Shown here: positions 18,940-29,603 of the stretch, in pieces
How positions within the stretch are numbered: the first letter of the stretch is position 1
Layout of the letters: each line of letters begins with the position of its first letter
Source: an uncultured Pseudomonadota bacterium
GTDB lineage: Bacteria > Pseudomonadota > Gammaproteobacteria > Burkholderiales > Thiobacillaceae
Direction: 5' to 3'
Assembly (NCBI GenBank): GCA_903835655.1
Contig: CAILNT010000114.1
Span: 34,410 to 98,409, forward strand
DNA: 64,000 bases
The notes under the pieces: model-generated
The model's database searches: none
Told to the model about the DNA's origin: nothing
What the model saw: only the letters and a program-made list of their open reading frames with translations
Made by a program: the position numbers and the translations under genes

Positions 18940-20808
18940 TCACAGTTCAAGTGAGTCCAGGCGTTGCCCGGTGAGCGCCTGTTTCACACTCGTGTCCATG
19001 CGCCGGGCAGCGAATTCTACCGTGCCCTGGTTGAGCGCCTCGGTAGCGCGCTTGACCGCGGCGAGATCGTCGCGTCCCAGCGCCAGCCGCAGGGTCAGCA
19101 TCAGTTGTTCAATCTGGTCGCGCTCCCGCTCGCCCAGCAATGTGGCCCCATTTTCCCTGAGGGCCGCTTCGCTGGCTTCGAGCAGGCGCTGGCCATCCAC
19201 GCGGGCTTCGGCCAGATTGCGCGCACTCATGTCTTCTTCGGCATGCGAGTAGGAGTCGCGCAGCATGCGTGCCACCTCGTCATCGGACAGGCCGTAGGAA
19301 GGCTTCACCGTGATATGCGCCTCGACCCCGGTTCCCAGTTCACGGGCACTGACCGAGAGCAGGCCGTCGGCATCGACCTGGAAGGTGACACGGATGCGGG
19401 CCGCGCCCGCCACCAGCGGCGGTATGCCGCGCAACTCGAAGCGCCCCAGGGAGCGGCAGTCCGCGACCAGTTCGCGCTCGCCCTGCACCACATGGATACT
19501 CATGGCGGTCTGGCCATCCTTGTAGGTGGTGAACTCCTGGGCTCGCGCAGTGGGAATGGTGGCGTTGCGTGGAATGATCTTTTCAGTCAGGCCGCCCATG
19601 GTTTCCAGCCCTAGGGATAGGGGCACCACGTCGAGCAGCAGCCAGTCGTCGCCGCCCTTGTTGCCCGCCAGGACATTGGCCTGTATCGCCGCGCCCAGGG
19701 CCACGACCTTGTCCGGGTCGAGGTTGGTGAGAGGGCTCTGCCCGAAGAACTCGCCCACTGCAGCCAGGATGCGCGGAATGCGGGTGGAACCGCCCACCAT
19801 CACCACGCCCTTGACCTCTTCCACGCTCAAGCCGGCGTCACGCAGGGCTCGGCGCGTGGGCAGCAGGGTTTTGTTGACCAGGCTGGCGGTCATGGCATTG
19901 AAAACGGCCTCGGAGAGGCTGAGGTCGACGATTTCGCCACTGGAAAGCACCACGGTGATGCTGGCCGTGGCATGCTCGGACAGGGTCTCCTTGGCCTCGC
20001 GCGCGCGGCTCATCAACAAGGTCTTGTCGTGATCGTCGAGCGTATGGACATGGGCCTGTTCCAGTATCCAGCAATAGACGCGGCGATCGAAATCGTCGCC
20101 GCCGAGTGCGGAATCGCCATTGGTGGCGAGCACTTCGAACACGCCGCGGGTGAGCCTGAGGATGGAGATGTCGAAGGTTCCCCCACCCAGGTCATACACC
20201 GCGTAGATACCCTCGGCGGCGTTGTCCAGGCCGTAGGCGATGGCCGCGGCGGTGGGTTCGTTGAGCAGGCGCAGCACGTTGAGCCCGGCCAGACGCGCGG
20301 CGTCCTTGGTGGCCTGGCGCTGCGCATCGTCGAAATAGGCGGGCACGGTGATGACCGCGCCCACCAACTCTCCGCCCAGGGAAGCCTCGGCGCGCGCCTT
20401 TAGCACCTTGAGGATCTCAGCGGAGACCTCGACCGGGCTCTTCACGCCGGCAGCCGTCCTGATCTGCACCATGCCAGGCGCATCGACGAACTGATAGGGC
20501 ATGGTGGCCAGGTCCGGGATGTCCTTGATGCCCCGGCCCATGAAGCGCTTGGCCGAGAGGATGGTGTTGTGCGGATCCTCGGTGGCCTGGGCTTGGGCGG
20601 TGAGACCCACACTGCTGCCACCATCCTTGAGATAACGCACCACCGAGGGTAGCAGGCCGTGGCCGTGGGCATCGTTGAGTACGACGGCAACCCCGTTGCG
20701 CACCGTGGCAACCAGGGAATTGGTGGTGCCCAGGTCGATGCCCACCGCCAGGCGATGCTGGTGCGGCGCGGTGGAAAGACCGGGTTCGGAAATTTGCAGG
20801 AGGGCCAT
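18940..20808 (-). CDS. hscA: Fe-S cluster assembly Hsp70 chaperone HscA
   Basis: [10 protein letters not shown]...[22 protein letters not shown] and full Hsp70 architecture. Confidence 0.95.
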   Translation of the reverse strand: MALLQISEPGLSTAPHQHRLAVGIDLGTTNSLVATVRNGVAVVLNDAHGHGLLPSVVRYLKDGGSSVGLTAQAQATEDPHNTILSAKRFMGRGIKDIPDLATMPYQFVDAPGMVQIRTAAGVKSPVEVSAEILKVLKARAEASLGGELVGAVITVPAYFDDAQRQATKDAARLAGLNVLRLLNEPTAAAIAYGLDNAAEGIYAVYDLGGGTFDISILRLTRGVFEVLATNGDSALGGDDFDRRVYCWILEQAHVHTLDDHDKTLLMSRAREAKETLSEHATASITVVLSSGEIVDLSLSEAVFNAMTASLVNKTLLPTRRALRDAGLSVEEVKGVVMVGGSTRIPRILAAVGEFFGQSPLTNLDPDKVVALGAAIQANVLAGNKGGDDWLLLDVVPLSLGLETMGGLTEKIIPRNATIPTARAQEFTTYKDGQTAMSIHVVQGERELVADCRSLGRFELRGIPPLVAGAARIRVTFQVDADGLLSVSARELGTGVEAHITVKPSYGLSDDEVARMLRDSYSHAEEDMSARNLAEARVDGQRLLEASEAALRENGATLLGERERDQIEQLMLTLRLALGRDDLAAVKRATEALNQGTVEFAARRMDTSVKQALTGQRLDSLEL

Positions 20809-20832
20809 GTGTGGGTAGCGAGTGGTGAGTGG

Positions 20833-21390
20833 CTACAGCATTTCTTCATACGCCGCGCCGACCTCGGCCAGCAATTTGTCGGTAAATCGCAGCTTGCGCA
20901 GGGTCTCGGCGGCCCGGGGGTAGTCGTGCCGCTGGTCGATTTCTTCGGCCAGGCGCGACTGGTATGCACGCGCTTCGATGCGCAGGGCCCGCTCCAGCCG
21001 CTCCAGGGTCGCGACGTCCCGCGCGCTCCTGGCCTGGGCCAATTCCTCGCTCCAGTCCATGTGCTGCTCCAGGAAGTCCATGGGCATGACGCTGGAGTTC
21101 ATGGCCTGGATGCCCTGCAACAGCAACAGGTAATTGGCGCGATCGAAGGGCCGGCGCAAGATCTGGTAGGCCTCGTTCACTCGAGTGGCCCACTGCATGG
21201 ACAGGCGCTGCTCCGCGGCGCCGGCGTGGACGAACTTGTCCGGATGGATCTGCGCCTGGAGATCGCGATAGGCCTGATCCAGACGCGCGCCGTCCAGCGC
21301 GTAAGCCACGGGGAGGCCGAACAGAGCGAAATGATCACGGGAGAAGTCGAGCACGATGGCTAGCGGCTGGTTGGTTGTTGCCACTCGCAA
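20833..21390 (-). CDS. hscB: Fe-S co-chaperone HscB (start codon uncertain: TTG 21390, GTG 21384 or GTG 21354)
   Basis: J-domain DHFALFGLP....D...L...YR.LQ..IHPDKF, followed by the HscB C-terminal helical domain. Confidence 0.85.
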   Translation of the reverse strand: MRVATTNQPLAIVLDFSRDHFALFGLPVAYALDGARLDQAYRDLQAQIHPDKFVHAGAAEQRLSMQWATRVNEAYQILRRPFDRANYLLLLQGIQAMNSSVMPMDFLEQHMDWSEELAQARSARDVATLERLERALRIEARAYQSRLAEEIDQRHDYPRAAETLRKLRFTDKLLAEVGAAYEEML

Positions 21391-21393
21391 TAA

Positions 21394-21717
21394 TCAGACG
21401 TTGAACGACTCGCCACAGCCGCATTCCGACTTGACATTGGGGTTGTTGAATTTGAAGCCCTCGTTGAGGCCTTCGCGCACGAAATCCAACTCGGTTCCAT
21501 CCAGGTAGGACAGGCTCTTCGGGTCGATGTAGAGCACGACACCGTGGCACTCGAACTTGCTGTCCTCCGGATCTTCCGCATCGACGAACTCGAGTTTGTA
21601 GGCCATGCCGGAACAACCCGAGGTGCGCACGCCGAGCTTGAGTCCCAGTCCGGAACCCCGTTTTGCCAGGAAATTCTTGACGTGGTTGGCGGCGCTTTCG
21701 GACAAGGTGACAGCCAT
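21394..21717 (-). CDS. iscA: Fe-S carrier IscA
   Basis: [16 protein letters not shown]...CGCGESF signature; 107 aa. Confidence 0.95.
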   Translation of the reverse strand: MAVTLSESAANHVKNFLAKRGSGLGLKLGVRTSGCSGMAYKLEFVDAEDPEDSKFECHGVVLYIDPKSLSYLDGTELDFVREGLNEGFKFNNPNVKSECGCGESFNV

Positions 21718-21727
21718 GATCGACTCC

Positions 21728-22159
21728 TTAACTGGCGACGGGTGGGTTGCAGGCGGTGTACTCAGAACTACCCGCCTTGTTGCCGTGTTTCTGCTTGTAA
21801 TCGGCCACCGCGGCCTTGATGGCGTCCTCCGCCAGGATGGAGCAGTGGATCTTCACCGGCGGCAAGGCCAGTTCTTCGGCGATCTGGGTGTTCTTCAGGG
21901 CCAGCGCCTCATCCAGAGTCTTGCCCTTGACCCATTCCGTCACCAGGGAGGAAGAGGCGATCGCGGAGCCACAGCCATAGGTCTTGAACTTGGCATCTTC
22001 GATGATGCCCTGCTCGTTCACCCGGATCTGTAACTTCATCACGTCGCCGCAGGCCGGCGCACCCACCATGCCGGTGCCGACCCCACCCTGATCCTTGTCG
22101 AACGCGCCGACGTTGCGGGGGTTTTCATAGTGGTCCAGAACCTGTTCGCTGTAAGCCAT
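21728..22159 (-). CDS. iscU: Fe-S scaffold IscU
   Basis: [52 protein letters not shown]. Confidence 0.95.
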   Translation of the reverse strand: MAYSEQVLDHYENPRNVGAFDKDQGGVGTGMVGAPACGDVMKLQIRVNEQGIIEDAKFKTYGCGSAIASSSLVTEWVKGKTLDEALALKNTQIAEELALPPVKIHCSILAEDAIKAAVADYKQKHGNKAGSSEYTACNPPVAS

Positions 22160-22216
22160 GTGTTTCTCCTAGTTATTCGTCGGGTTACGGCGCTCGCACC
22201 TAACCCAACCTACCTA

Positions 22217-23428
22217 TCAATGTGCCGCCCACTGCACCGTATCGAGGTCGATCCCATCCTTGTACATCTCCCACAGCGGCGACATGGCGCGCAGCTTGTC
22301 GATCTTTTCGTGCAGGAGCCGTATGGTGTAGTCGATTTCTTCCTCGGTGGTGAAGCGCCCGATGGTGAAACGGATGGAACTGTGCGCCAGTTCGTCGTTG
22401 CGCCCCAGCGCCTTGAGCACGTAGGACGGCTCCAGGCTGGCGGAGGTACAGGCGGAACCGCTGGATACGGCCAGATCCTTGATCGCCATGATCAGGCTCT
22501 CGCCCTCGACGAAGTTGAAGCTGGCGTTGAGGTTGCCGGCGATGCGGCGCTCGAAGTCGCCGTTGAGGTGCACTTCCTCGATGTCCTGAAAGCCGCGCCA
22601 GAGGCGGTCGCGCAAGCCGCGGATGCGCTCGGTCTCGGCACCCATCTCCGCCTTGGCGATGCGGAAGGCTTCGCCCATGCCGACGATCTGGTGGGTCGCC
22701 AGCGTTCCGGAACGCATGCCCCGCTCGTGACCACCGCCGTGCATCTGCGCTTCCAGCCGCACTCGCGGTTTGCGCCGCACGTACAGGGCGCCCACGCCCT
22801 TGGGGCCGTAGGTCTTGTGCGCGGAAAAAGACATCAGATCGACCTTGAGTTTGCCGAGGTCGATTTCCACCTTGCCTGTGGCCTGCGCGGCATCGACGTG
22901 GAACAGGATGCCCTTGCTGCGACAAAGCTCGCCGATGGCCGGGATGTCCTGGATCACGCCGATCTCGTTGTTCACGTACATCACGGAAACCAGGAGGGTG
23001 TCGGGGCGGATCACACCCTGGAGTTCGTTCAGGTCGATCAGACCGTCGGGGCGCACACCCAGGTAAGTCACCTCGTAGCCCTCGCGCTCCAGTTCACGAC
23101 AGGTGTCCAGCACGGCCTTGTGCTCGGTCCTCACCGTGATCAGGTGTTTTCCCTTGCCACGGTAGAAGTGGGCCGCGCCCTTGATGGCGAGGTTGTTGGA
23201 CTCGGTGGCGCCGGAAGTCCAGACGATTTCCTTGGGATCGGCGTTCACCAGAGCCGCGACCTGGCTGCGTGCTTCTTCCACCGCATGATCGGCATCCCAG
23301 CCGAACACATGGGAACGCGAAGCCGGGTTGCCGAAGAATTCGCTGAGGTAGGGAATCATCTTCGCGGCCACGCGCGGGTCCACCGGGGTGGTGGCCGAGT
23401 AGTCGAGGTAAATGGGGGTTTTGACCAT
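22217..23428 (-). CDS. iscS: Cysteine desulfurase IscS
   Basis: [28 protein letters not shown] (PLP Lys) and SSGSACTS (active Cys). The start is taken at MVKTPIY. Confidence 0.95.
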   Translation of the reverse strand: MVKTPIYLDYSATTPVDPRVAAKMIPYLSEFFGNPASRSHVFGWDADHAVEEARSQVAALVNADPKEIVWTSGATESNNLAIKGAAHFYRGKGKHLITVRTEHKAVLDTCRELEREGYEVTYLGVRPDGLIDLNELQGVIRPDTLLVSVMYVNNEIGVIQDIPAIGELCRSKGILFHVDAAQATGKVEIDLGKLKVDLMSFSAHKTYGPKGVGALYVRRKPRVRLEAQMHGGGHERGMRSGTLATHQIVGMGEAFRIAKAEMGAETERIRGLRDRLWRGFQDIEEVHLNGDFERRIAGNLNASFNFVEGESLIMAIKDLAVSSGSACTSASLEPSYVLKALGRNDELAHSSIRFTIGRFTTEEEIDYTIRLLHEKIDKLRAMSPLWEMYKDGIDLDTVQWAAH

Positions 23429-23457
23429 ATCAATGCACTCCGTGAGCCGTACGTCGC

Positions 23458-23943
23458 TTAATACGCGGCTTTGATTTCCGCTGTGCCGATCACTCGACGC
23501 GTATCCTTGCGCGGTGAGGCCTCTTCCAGCGCCAGTTTTTCCAGCTGCTTGCTGACCAGTTCGCTCAGCATCACCGACTCCAGGTAGTCGTAGATGTGGG
23601 TATTGAGGGTCATCCACAGATCATGGGTCATGCACTCGCGATCATCACGACAGTTGCCCAGCCCGCCGCACTGGGTCGCGTCGATTGGCTCGTCCACCGC
23701 GCGGATGATGGCCGCCACGGAGATTTCGTCCAGCGACTTGGCCAGGGTGTAGCCCCCGCCCGGGCCGCGCACGCTGTCGACGATGCCCTGACGGCGCAGG
23801 CGACCGAACAGTTGTTCCAGATAGGACAGGGAAATGCGCTGTCGTTCGCTGATGCCAGCCAGCGTGATCGGACCGCGCTGATGCCGCATGCCCAGATCGA
23901 TCATCGCGGTTACCGCGAAGCGTCCCTTAGTGGTCAAGCGCAT
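23458..23943 (-). CDS. iscR: Fe-S cluster sensing transcriptional regulator IscR (Rrf2 family)
   Basis: [17 protein letters not shown]..., a winged HTH, and the Cys cluster C..LGNC.....C. Confidence 0.92.
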   Translation of the reverse strand: MRLTTKGRFAVTAMIDLGMRHQRGPITLAGISERQRISLSYLEQLFGRLRRQGIVDSVRGPGGGYTLAKSLDEISVAAIIRAVDEPIDATQCGGLGNCRDDRECMTHDLWMTLNTHIYDYLESVMLSELVSKQLEKLALEEASPRKDTRRVIGTAEIKAAY

Positions 23944-23984
23944 GGTGAACCTCGGTGTTGGATGAATGACGACGACACTGTACA

Positions 23985-24009
23985 AAACCCGATTGATTTA
24001 GTCAACTAT
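23985..24009 (-). promoter_or_regulatory. Candidate IscR type-1 operator upstream of iscR
   Basis: The minus strand reads ATAGTTGACTAAATCAATCGGGTTT. Against the type-1 consensus ATASYYGACTRWWWYAGTCRRSTAT (recalled) it has 2 mismatches. It lies about 42 nt upstream of the iscR ATG. Confidence 0.55.
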
Positions 24010-24012
24010 TAT

Positions 24013-24774
24013 TCAGTCGACGATCTTGTTCAGGTAGGCCGGGTCGAAGCGGTCGTCCGTCTTGCCATCCTTCTTTTCGTCTTCGGCGTCTCCCCCCATG
24101 CGCTTCAATTCCGCGACGATCCATTCGATGCGGCGGTCGGTCATGGCCGAGTGATCCACGAGTCCGTGGATGGCTTTCACCACCGGATCATTCATGTCGC
24201 TGGACACCGCATAGGCGGAGAAACCCAGTTTCTTCGCCGCCGCCTCTCGCGCCCGGTCCTGCTCGGTATCCAGGATGCGCGCGGGGATGCCGACGGCCGT
24301 GGCCCCGGCCGGTACATCCTTAACCACCACCGCGTTTGAGCCGATCTTCGCACCCGCGCCCAGTGTGATGGGGCCCAGGATCTTGGCGCCGGCGCCGACG
24401 ATCACGCCGGCTTCCAGCGTGGGATGACGCTTGCCCTTGTTCCACGAGGTGCCGCCCAGGGTGACGCCGTGATAAAGGGTGCAATCGTCGCCGACCACGG
24501 CCGTCTCGCCGACCACCACGCCCATGCCATGGTCGATGAACACCCGCCGACCGACAACCGCGCCAGGATGAATCTCGATGCCCGTGAGCCAACGTGCCAG
24601 TTGACTCGACCAGCGCGCCAGCCACTTGAAGCCGGCGCGCCACAAGCCGTGCGACAGACGGTGCCAGAGGATCGCGTGCAGGCCGGGATAGGTGGTGAGC
24701 ACCTCGAAAAAGGTGCGCGCCGCCGGATCCCGGTCGAAAACAACACGGATGTCTTCCCGCAGATCATTGAACAT
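24013..24774 (-). CDS. cysE: Serine O-acetyltransferase
   Basis: N-terminal SATase helix domain (DPAAR...EVL..YPG..A....R) plus hexapeptide repeats (IHPGAVVG....[13 protein letters not shown]). Confidence 0.92.
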   Translation of the reverse strand: MFNDLREDIRVVFDRDPAARTFFEVLTTYPGLHAILWHRLSHGLWRAGFKWLARWSSQLARWLTGIEIHPGAVVGRRVFIDHGMGVVVGETAVVGDDCTLYHGVTLGGTSWNKGKRHPTLEAGVIVGAGAKILGPITLGAGAKIGSNAVVVKDVPAGATAVGIPARILDTEQDRAREAAAKKLGFSAYAVSSDMNDPVVKAIHGLVDHSAMTDRRIEWIVAELKRMGGDAEDEKKDGKTDDRFDPAYLNKIVD

Positions 24775-24984
24775 GGAGCGATTCAGGACGGAAAAGTCCC
24801 GAAAGTATGCGATACCCGAGTAATCGGGTCAACTTGGGAACTTCCCCCTCTCCCGCAAGCGGGACAAGCAGGGATGGTGTGGGCGTTCCTTGCCTGCCCG
24901 GTCGCTTGCCTGCTCGTTCCAGCGGAGGGGCAAAGCTGAAGACCGCGGGGGCCGCACGACCGAGCGGCGGCGGCGCCTGCCGCC

Positions 24985-25434
24985 TCAGATCGTCTCCTTC
25001 GGCACATGCCGTCTCGCCGCCTGTTCGTCGGTCATACGCTGGTCGCGTTTGTCCTCGTTCTGGCGCTCCTGGCGGCGATGGCGCTCGGCCAATGCCTCAT
25101 AGGCCAGCACCTTCTGGCGCAGTGCCAGCCAGGTGACATGGGCGTTCTGCCAATGTGCTTGCGCCTGGGTGACTTCCTTTTCCTGATGGCCGATGGCGGC
25201 ATCGAGCTTGCCCAGGAAAGCGTGGTAGTCACGCAACAAATGGATGGCCATGCCGCGTTCGCCGGCTTCCCCGGTCAGGCGTAGCTGATAGTCGCGTTTG
25301 TAGCCCTGCAGCTCATCCCATTTCTGGCGCGCGGCCTCTTCCTTGCGCTTGAGCAAGCGCAGTAGGCGCTCCGCCGCTTCCATGCGGTGCCGGCCATGGT
25401 CCAGCAGCGATTGCAGGGGAAAGCGCGCAGCCAC
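24985..25434 (-). CDS. FliJ-family coiled-coil protein, with no other flagellar genes in the window
   Basis: FPLQSLLD........AE..L..........W..LQ.Y..DY and a C-terminal ..RDQRMTDEQAAR follow the FliJ pattern; 149 aa. Confidence 0.6.
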   Translation of the reverse strand: MAARFPLQSLLDHGRHRMEAAERLLRLLKRKEEAARQKWDELQGYKRDYQLRLTGEAGERGMAIHLLRDYHAFLGKLDAAIGHQEKEVTQAQAHWQNAHVTWLALRQKVLAYEALAERHRRQERQNEDKRDQRMTDEQAARRHVPKETI

Positions 25435-25440
25435 GGGAAC

Positions 25441-25617
25441 TCAGGCGATTTCCTCGATCGCGTCCAGGCGCCGCGCCTCATCTTCCAGCATGACCGGGAT
25501 GCCGTCGCGCAAGGGGAAGGCGAGTCGATCCGGCTTGCAGATCAATTCGTCCTTGCGATGAACCAGCGGGCCTTTGCACAGCGGGCAGACGAGAATTTCA
25601 AGCAGTTTTGGGTCCAT
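25441..25617 (-). CDS. Trm112/YcaR-family small zinc-ribbon-like protein (58 aa; below the ORF-track cutoff)
   Basis: My own translation of the minus strand gives [58 protein letters not shown], the canonical UPF0434/Trm112 pattern. It overlaps the lpxK 3' end by 20 nt. Confidence 0.8.
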   Translation of the reverse strand: MDPKLLEILVCPLCKGPLVHRKDELICKPDRLAFPLRDGIPVMLEDEARRLDAIEEIA

Positions 25618-26602
25618 GGCGGGCCTTCAGAGTGTGGTCGATGAGGGTTTTTAGTCCCGACCCCAGTTCCGCGTCAACTTCCAGGAACCAGGCATCGGAG
25701 GAGGCGAAGGACGCGCATTTCACGGCGTCCTTCTCGGTCATGAGCAAGGTACCCGCGGGCAGATCCTTCTCCGTGTAGACATGATGATCGGGAAATGGGT
25801 GCGGGGTAGCCGTGAGGCCCAGGCGTTCGAGCTGGTCGAAGAAACGCTGCGGATGGCCGATTCCGGCCAGCGCATGCAGCGTTCGTCCGGAAAAATCGGC
25901 GGCCACCGCGGTTTGCGCGGGGTCGCGCAGATTGCGGAAGGTCTCGCCGCGAAGATTCATGGAGAATCCGGGCGGCGGCAGCACGAAGTCGTCCGGATGG
26001 CCGCCGTTGACCACCGCCGCGTCGACCGTGGCGAGGCGCCACAGGGGCTCGCGCAGAGGGCCGGCGGGCAGCAGATGGCCGTTGCCGAAACCGCGCCGCG
26101 CATCGATCACCACGATTTCCAGGTCGCGCGCCAGCGCGTAGTGCTGCAAGCCGTCGTCGGCGACGAGCACGTCCACTTCCGGATGTGCACCCAGCAAGCC
26201 TTCCCCCGCCAGGGCGCGCCGGGCGCCGATCCAAACCGGACAAGCGGCGCGCCGGGCCAACAACAGCGGTTCGTCGCCGACCTGCGCCGGGTCGCTGTCC
26301 GGCCGCACAGCCCTGGGTGACCGGGCGCTGCCGCCATAACCGCGGCTGATGATGCCCGGGTGAAACCCGAGTTCGCTCAGCCATTGCACGATGCGCAGGG
26401 TGAGCGGCGTCTTGCCGCTGCCGCCCACACCCAGGTTACCCACGACGATGACCGGAACGGGCAGGCGCCTCGACCGCAGCAGGCCGGCCCGGTAGGCCAT
26501 GCGGCGGCAGGCGAGCAGAAGAAAAAAAACCAGGCTGAAGGGAAGCAGCAGGAAGCGGATGCGACAGGCGCCGTACCAACAGCGATCCAGGAAGGATCTC
26601 AC
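25598..26602 (-). CDS. lpxK: Tetraacyldisaccharide 4'-kinase
   Basis: [20 protein letters not shown]-loop, [14 protein letters not shown] and DDGLQH motifs. The GTG start overlaps the exbD stop (TAGTG). The long N-terminal extension of ORF 25598..27088 is rejected. Confidence 0.88.
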   Translation of the reverse strand: MRSFLDRCWYGACRIRFLLLPFSLVFFLLLACRRMAYRAGLLRSRRLPVPVIVVGNLGVGGSGKTPLTLRIVQWLSELGFHPGIISRGYGGSARSPRAVRPDSDPAQVGDEPLLLARRAACPVWIGARRALAGEGLLGAHPEVDVLVADDGLQHYALARDLEIVVIDARRGFGNGHLLPAGPLREPLWRLATVDAAVVNGGHPDDFVLPPPGFSMNLRGETFRNLRDPAQTAVAADFSGRTLHALAGIGHPQRFFDQLERLGLTATPHPFPDHHVYTEKDLPAGTLLMTEKDAVKCASFASSDAWFLEVDAELGSGLKTLIDHTLKARHGPKTA

Positions 26603-27021
26603 TACGGCGCGGGGTTCTGGGTCACGAAGGTGACGCGTGGATAGCCCGCGCGGCGGGCGGCATCCATGACCCGGATCACGGACTGGTGCGTGGTCAGCGC
26701 ATCGGCGGAAATCACGATGACAGGATCGGTATTCTTGCCCGCGGCCGTTTTCAGGGCCCATACCAGGGAATCGACGCCGGCGTAGGCCACCCTGTCCTTG
26801 TTGACTGCGTAAACGCCCTGGGCATCGACATTCACCGTGATCTGCGCGGGCATTTCCTTGGCGCTGTCGCCACGGGCCTCGGGCAGATTGATCTGCAATT
26901 CGGAGAAGCGGGCATAGGTCGTGGTCACCATGAGAAAAATCAGGATCACCAGCAGCACGTCGATGAGCGGGATCAGATTGATCTCCGGGTCGTCGCGGCG
27001 ACGGTCGCGCGCGAAATTCAT
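26602..27021 (-). CDS. exbD: ExbD/TolR-family biopolymer transport protein
   Basis: EINLIPLIDVLLVILIFLM TM segment plus the ExbD periplasmic domain; 139 aa. Confidence 0.88.
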   Translation of the reverse strand: MNFARDRRRDDPEINLIPLIDVLLVILIFLMVTTTYARFSELQINLPEARGDSAKEMPAQITVNVDAQGVYAVNKDRVAYAGVDSLVWALKTAAGKNTDPVIVISADALTTHQSVIRVMDAARRAGYPRVTFVTQNPAP

Positions 27022-27623
27022 TTCCTGTCCCCGTGCACGATCTCCACCAGCTTGATCGCCTGTTGCTCCATTTCCACCAACAGGGCATCCACCCTGCCGC
27101 GGAAGAAACGGAAGAAGATCATGCTGGGGATGGCGACGATCAGGCCGAGCGCGGTGTTATACAGGGCGACCGAGATGCCATGCGCCAGCACCGCCGGATT
27201 GCCGCCGGTGGGGGATTGCGAGCCGAAGATTTCTATCATGCCCACCACGGTGCCGAGCAGACCCATCAGCGGAGCGACCGTGGCGATGGTGCCAAGCGTG
27301 GAAAGATAGCGTTCCAGGTCATGGCCGACGGCGCGACCCGACTCCTCCAGGGATTCCTTCATGACATCACGGCTGGCGCCAATGTTGCGCACCCCGGCGG
27401 CCAGAATCCGGCCCAGAGCCGAGCCTTCCGCGAGCACGCGCAGCAAGTCGGACGTGGCGCCGTGGCGGCGCAGATTGTCGAGAGTCTGGTCGAGCAGGCC
27501 ATGGGGTATGACCGTGGAACGACGCAAGGTATAGGTGCGCTCGAAAATGATGGCCAGGGCCAGAATGGAGGCGATGATGATCGGCCAGATCGGCCAGCCG
27601 GCTGCTTCGATGAGGGCTAACAC
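27018..27623 (-). CDS. exbB: MotA/TolQ/ExbB-family proton channel
   Basis: LGTIATVAPLMGLLGTVVGMI and ..ALYNTALGL..AIP motifs. GTG start at 27623 with AAGGA 7 nt upstream. Confidence 0.85.
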   Translation of the reverse strand: MLALIEAAGWPIWPIIIASILALAIIFERTYTLRRSTVIPHGLLDQTLDNLRRHGATSDLLRVLAEGSALGRILAAGVRNIGASRDVMKESLEESGRAVGHDLERYLSTLGTIATVAPLMGLLGTVVGMIEIFGSQSPTGGNPAVLAHGISVALYNTALGLIVAIPSMIFFRFFRGRVDALLVEMEQQAIKLVEIVHGDRK

Positions 27624-27739
27624 AGGATTCCTTGAGCACCCGATACGCCTGGTAATGTAGCCTGCAAGCCCCACTCGGGCAAGCCGGCATATAATCCACC
27701 GCCATCCAGACCCACCCCTCTGTAAGGAAACCGGCGCCG

Positions 27740-29083
27740 ATGATCCGCCGCCTGATCGATAAAGTCCTAGGAAAGAAGGCCGCCCCGCGCATCCTGCCGC
27801 TGCAAAAGCACGGCATCCGGCGCGAACAACTCCACAGTTGCGCGCTCAAGGTCACCGACACCTTGGCGCGTGAAGGCTATGCCGCCTTCGTCGTCGGCGG
27901 CGCAGTGCGCGATCTCCTGCTCGGGCGTGAACCGAAGGATTTCGACATCGCCACCAACGCCACGCCAGACGACATCCGCCATCTGTTTCGCCGCTCCCGC
28001 ATCATCGGCCGGCGCTTCCAGATCGTGCACGTCTATTGCGGACAGGATCTGATCGAGGTCACGACATTCCGCGCGGCGGCCCCGCAGCCGGAAGACGACG
28101 AGGACGAGGCCCGCGTCACCGCCGCGGACGGCATGCTGTTGCGCGACAACGTCTTCGGCTCCCAGGAGGAAGACGCCGCGCGTCGCGATTTCACCATCAA
28201 CGCCCTGTATTACGACCCGGAAAAGCAGGAGATCTGGGACTGGCATGGCGGCGTCGCCGACGCGCAGAAAAAAGTGCTGCGCATGATCGGCGACCCGGCG
28301 CAGCGTTTCCGCGAAGACCCGGTGCGCATGCTGCGTGCCGCGCGTTTCGCCGCTAAGCTGGATTTCCACATCGACCCTGCCACGCGCGCGCCCATCGCTG
28401 AATTGGCCGCCATGTTGGCGCGCATCCCGCCTTCGCGCCTGTTCGACGAGATGATGAAGTTGCTGCTCTCCGGGCATGCCGAGCGCGGCGTGAAGCAGTT
28501 GCGCGCGGAAGGTCTGCACCACGGCGTTCTGCCCATGCTCGACGCCATCCTCGACGATCCGGCGCGGCAGAAATTCCTGCATCACGCCCTGCACGACACC
28601 GACCTGCGCATCCGCGAGGGCCAGTCCGCCTCGCCCGCGTTCATGCTGGCCTGCCTGCTCTGGTTCGACATGCAGCAGGAGTTGAAGCGCATGCGCGCGC
28701 AGGGCCTGTCCGAGCAAAGCGCACTCTTCGAGGCGATGGACACTGCGCTGGAACGGCAGCGCCGCGCGCTCGCCTTCCCCCGCCGCTTCGATGGCATGAT
28801 CAAGGAAATCTGGACGCTACAGGGACGCTTCGAGCAGCGCAGCGGCGCCCGTCCCTATCGGCTGCTCAGCCACCCGCGCCTGTCCGCGGGCTACGACTTC
28901 CTGCTGATCCGCGCGGAGGGTGGCGATGCCAGCCAGGAACTGGCCGACTGGTGGGACCGTTTCCAGGATGCGGGCGAGGCCGAGCGCGCGGAAATGCTGA
29001 AGCCGGCTCAGGCCGGCGACGCCAAGCGCAAGCGCCGCAAGCGCGGCAAAACCGCCAACGCAGTATCCAGCGAACTTGGCTGA
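27740..29083 (+). CDS. pcnB: Poly(A) polymerase I
   Basis: GYAAFVVGGAVRDLLLGREPKDFDIATNATP nucleotidyltransferase motif, RIIGRRF, and a basic C-terminal tail. Confidence 0.92.
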   Translation: MIRRLIDKVLGKKAAPRILPLQKHGIRREQLHSCALKVTDTLAREGYAAFVVGGAVRDLLLGREPKDFDIATNATPDDIRHLFRRSRIIGRRFQIVHVYCGQDLIEVTTFRAAAPQPEDDEDEARVTAADGMLLRDNVFGSQEEDAARRDFTINALYYDPEKQEIWDWHGGVADAQKKVLRMIGDPAQRFREDPVRMLRAARFAAKLDFHIDPATRAPIAELAAMLARIPPSRLFDEMMKLLLSGHAERGVKQLRAEGLHHGVLPMLDAILDDPARQKFLHHALHDTDLRIREGQSASPAFMLACLLWFDMQQELKRMRAQGLSEQSALFEAMDTALERQRRALAFPRRFDGMIKEIWTLQGRFEQRSGARPYRLLSHPRLSAGYDFLLIRAEGGDASQELADWWDRFQDAGEAERAEMLKPAQAGDAKRKRRKRGKTANAVSSELG

Positions 29084-29603
29084 CATCCGGGCTTACATCG
29101 CCTTGGGCGCCAACCTGGGCGACCCCGCGGCGCAGGTGGAACGGGCTTTCGCCGAACTGGCCCGGCTCCCCGGCACCCGTCTCGGCGCGCGCTCCAGGCT
29201 GTATCTTTCGAAGGCGGAGGGCTATGCCGCGCAGCCCGATTTCGTCAACGCAGTGGTCGCGATTTCCACCTTGCTCGCTCCACGCGCTCTGCTCGAAGCC
29301 CTGCTGGATATCGAAGCGCGCCATGGCCGCCGCCGCGAATTCAAAAACGCGCCGCGAACCCTGGACCTCGACCTGTTGCTCTATGACGACCTGGTGTTGC
29401 ACGAACCCGGCCTGACCCTGCCGCATCCGCGCATGTGTGAGCGTGCCTTCGTGCTCCAGCCCATGCTCGAGATCGCCCCGGAACAAGCCATTCCCGGCAA
29501 GGGCAGCGTCGCCGATTGCCTGACCGCCCTGTTGGCCGGCGGCCTGACCAAGCCGGCAGTCGCGGGACCGCAACGGCGGCACCCGGCCTGGAATGCCGCC
29601 TGA
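29076..29603 (+). CDS. folK: 2-amino-4-hydroxy-6-hydroxymethyldihydropteridine diphosphokinase
   Basis: AYIALGANLGDP...., RTLDLDLLLY.D and LTLPHPRM.ERAFVL motifs. The TTG start overlaps the pcnB end. Confidence 0.88.
   Translation: MADIRAYIALGANLGDPAAQVERAFAELARLPGTRLGARSRLYLSKAEGYAAQPDFVNAVVAISTLLAPRALLEALLDIEARHGRRREFKNAPRTLDLDLLLYDDLVLHEPGLTLPHPRMCERAFVLQPMLEIAPEQAIPGKGSVADCLTALLAGGLTKPAVAGPQRRHPAWNAA

Noticed and set aside
22130-23461. A long 443-aa ORF on the plus strand, plus many similar antisense ORFs such as 39241..41223(-), 54042..55559(+), 35711..37588(+), 33998..35239(+), 27767..28717(-) and 15800..16615(-).
   Set aside because: Each lies antisense to, or out of frame within, a gene with an unambiguous family signature (iscS, GGDEF-EAL, ahcY, nirB, nasA, pcnB, dynamin). 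Their products are Arg/Gly/Ala/His-rich low-complexity strings typical of stop-poor frames in GC-rich DNA.
24775-24984. A REP-like hairpin (TCCCGC-AA-GCGGGA within CCCCCTCTCCCGCAAGCGGGACAAGCAGGG) in the fliJ-like/cysE spacer.
   Set aside because: The palindrome is short and imperfect, with no second copy in the window. It is not enough to call a repeat family or a terminator.
26603-27088. The N-terminal extension of ORF 25598..27088(-), which would give a 496-aa 'LpxK'.
   Set aside because: The extension overlaps exbD in a different frame and has no LpxK similarity. A GTG at 26602 gives a normal-length LpxK (334 aa) abutting the exbD stop.
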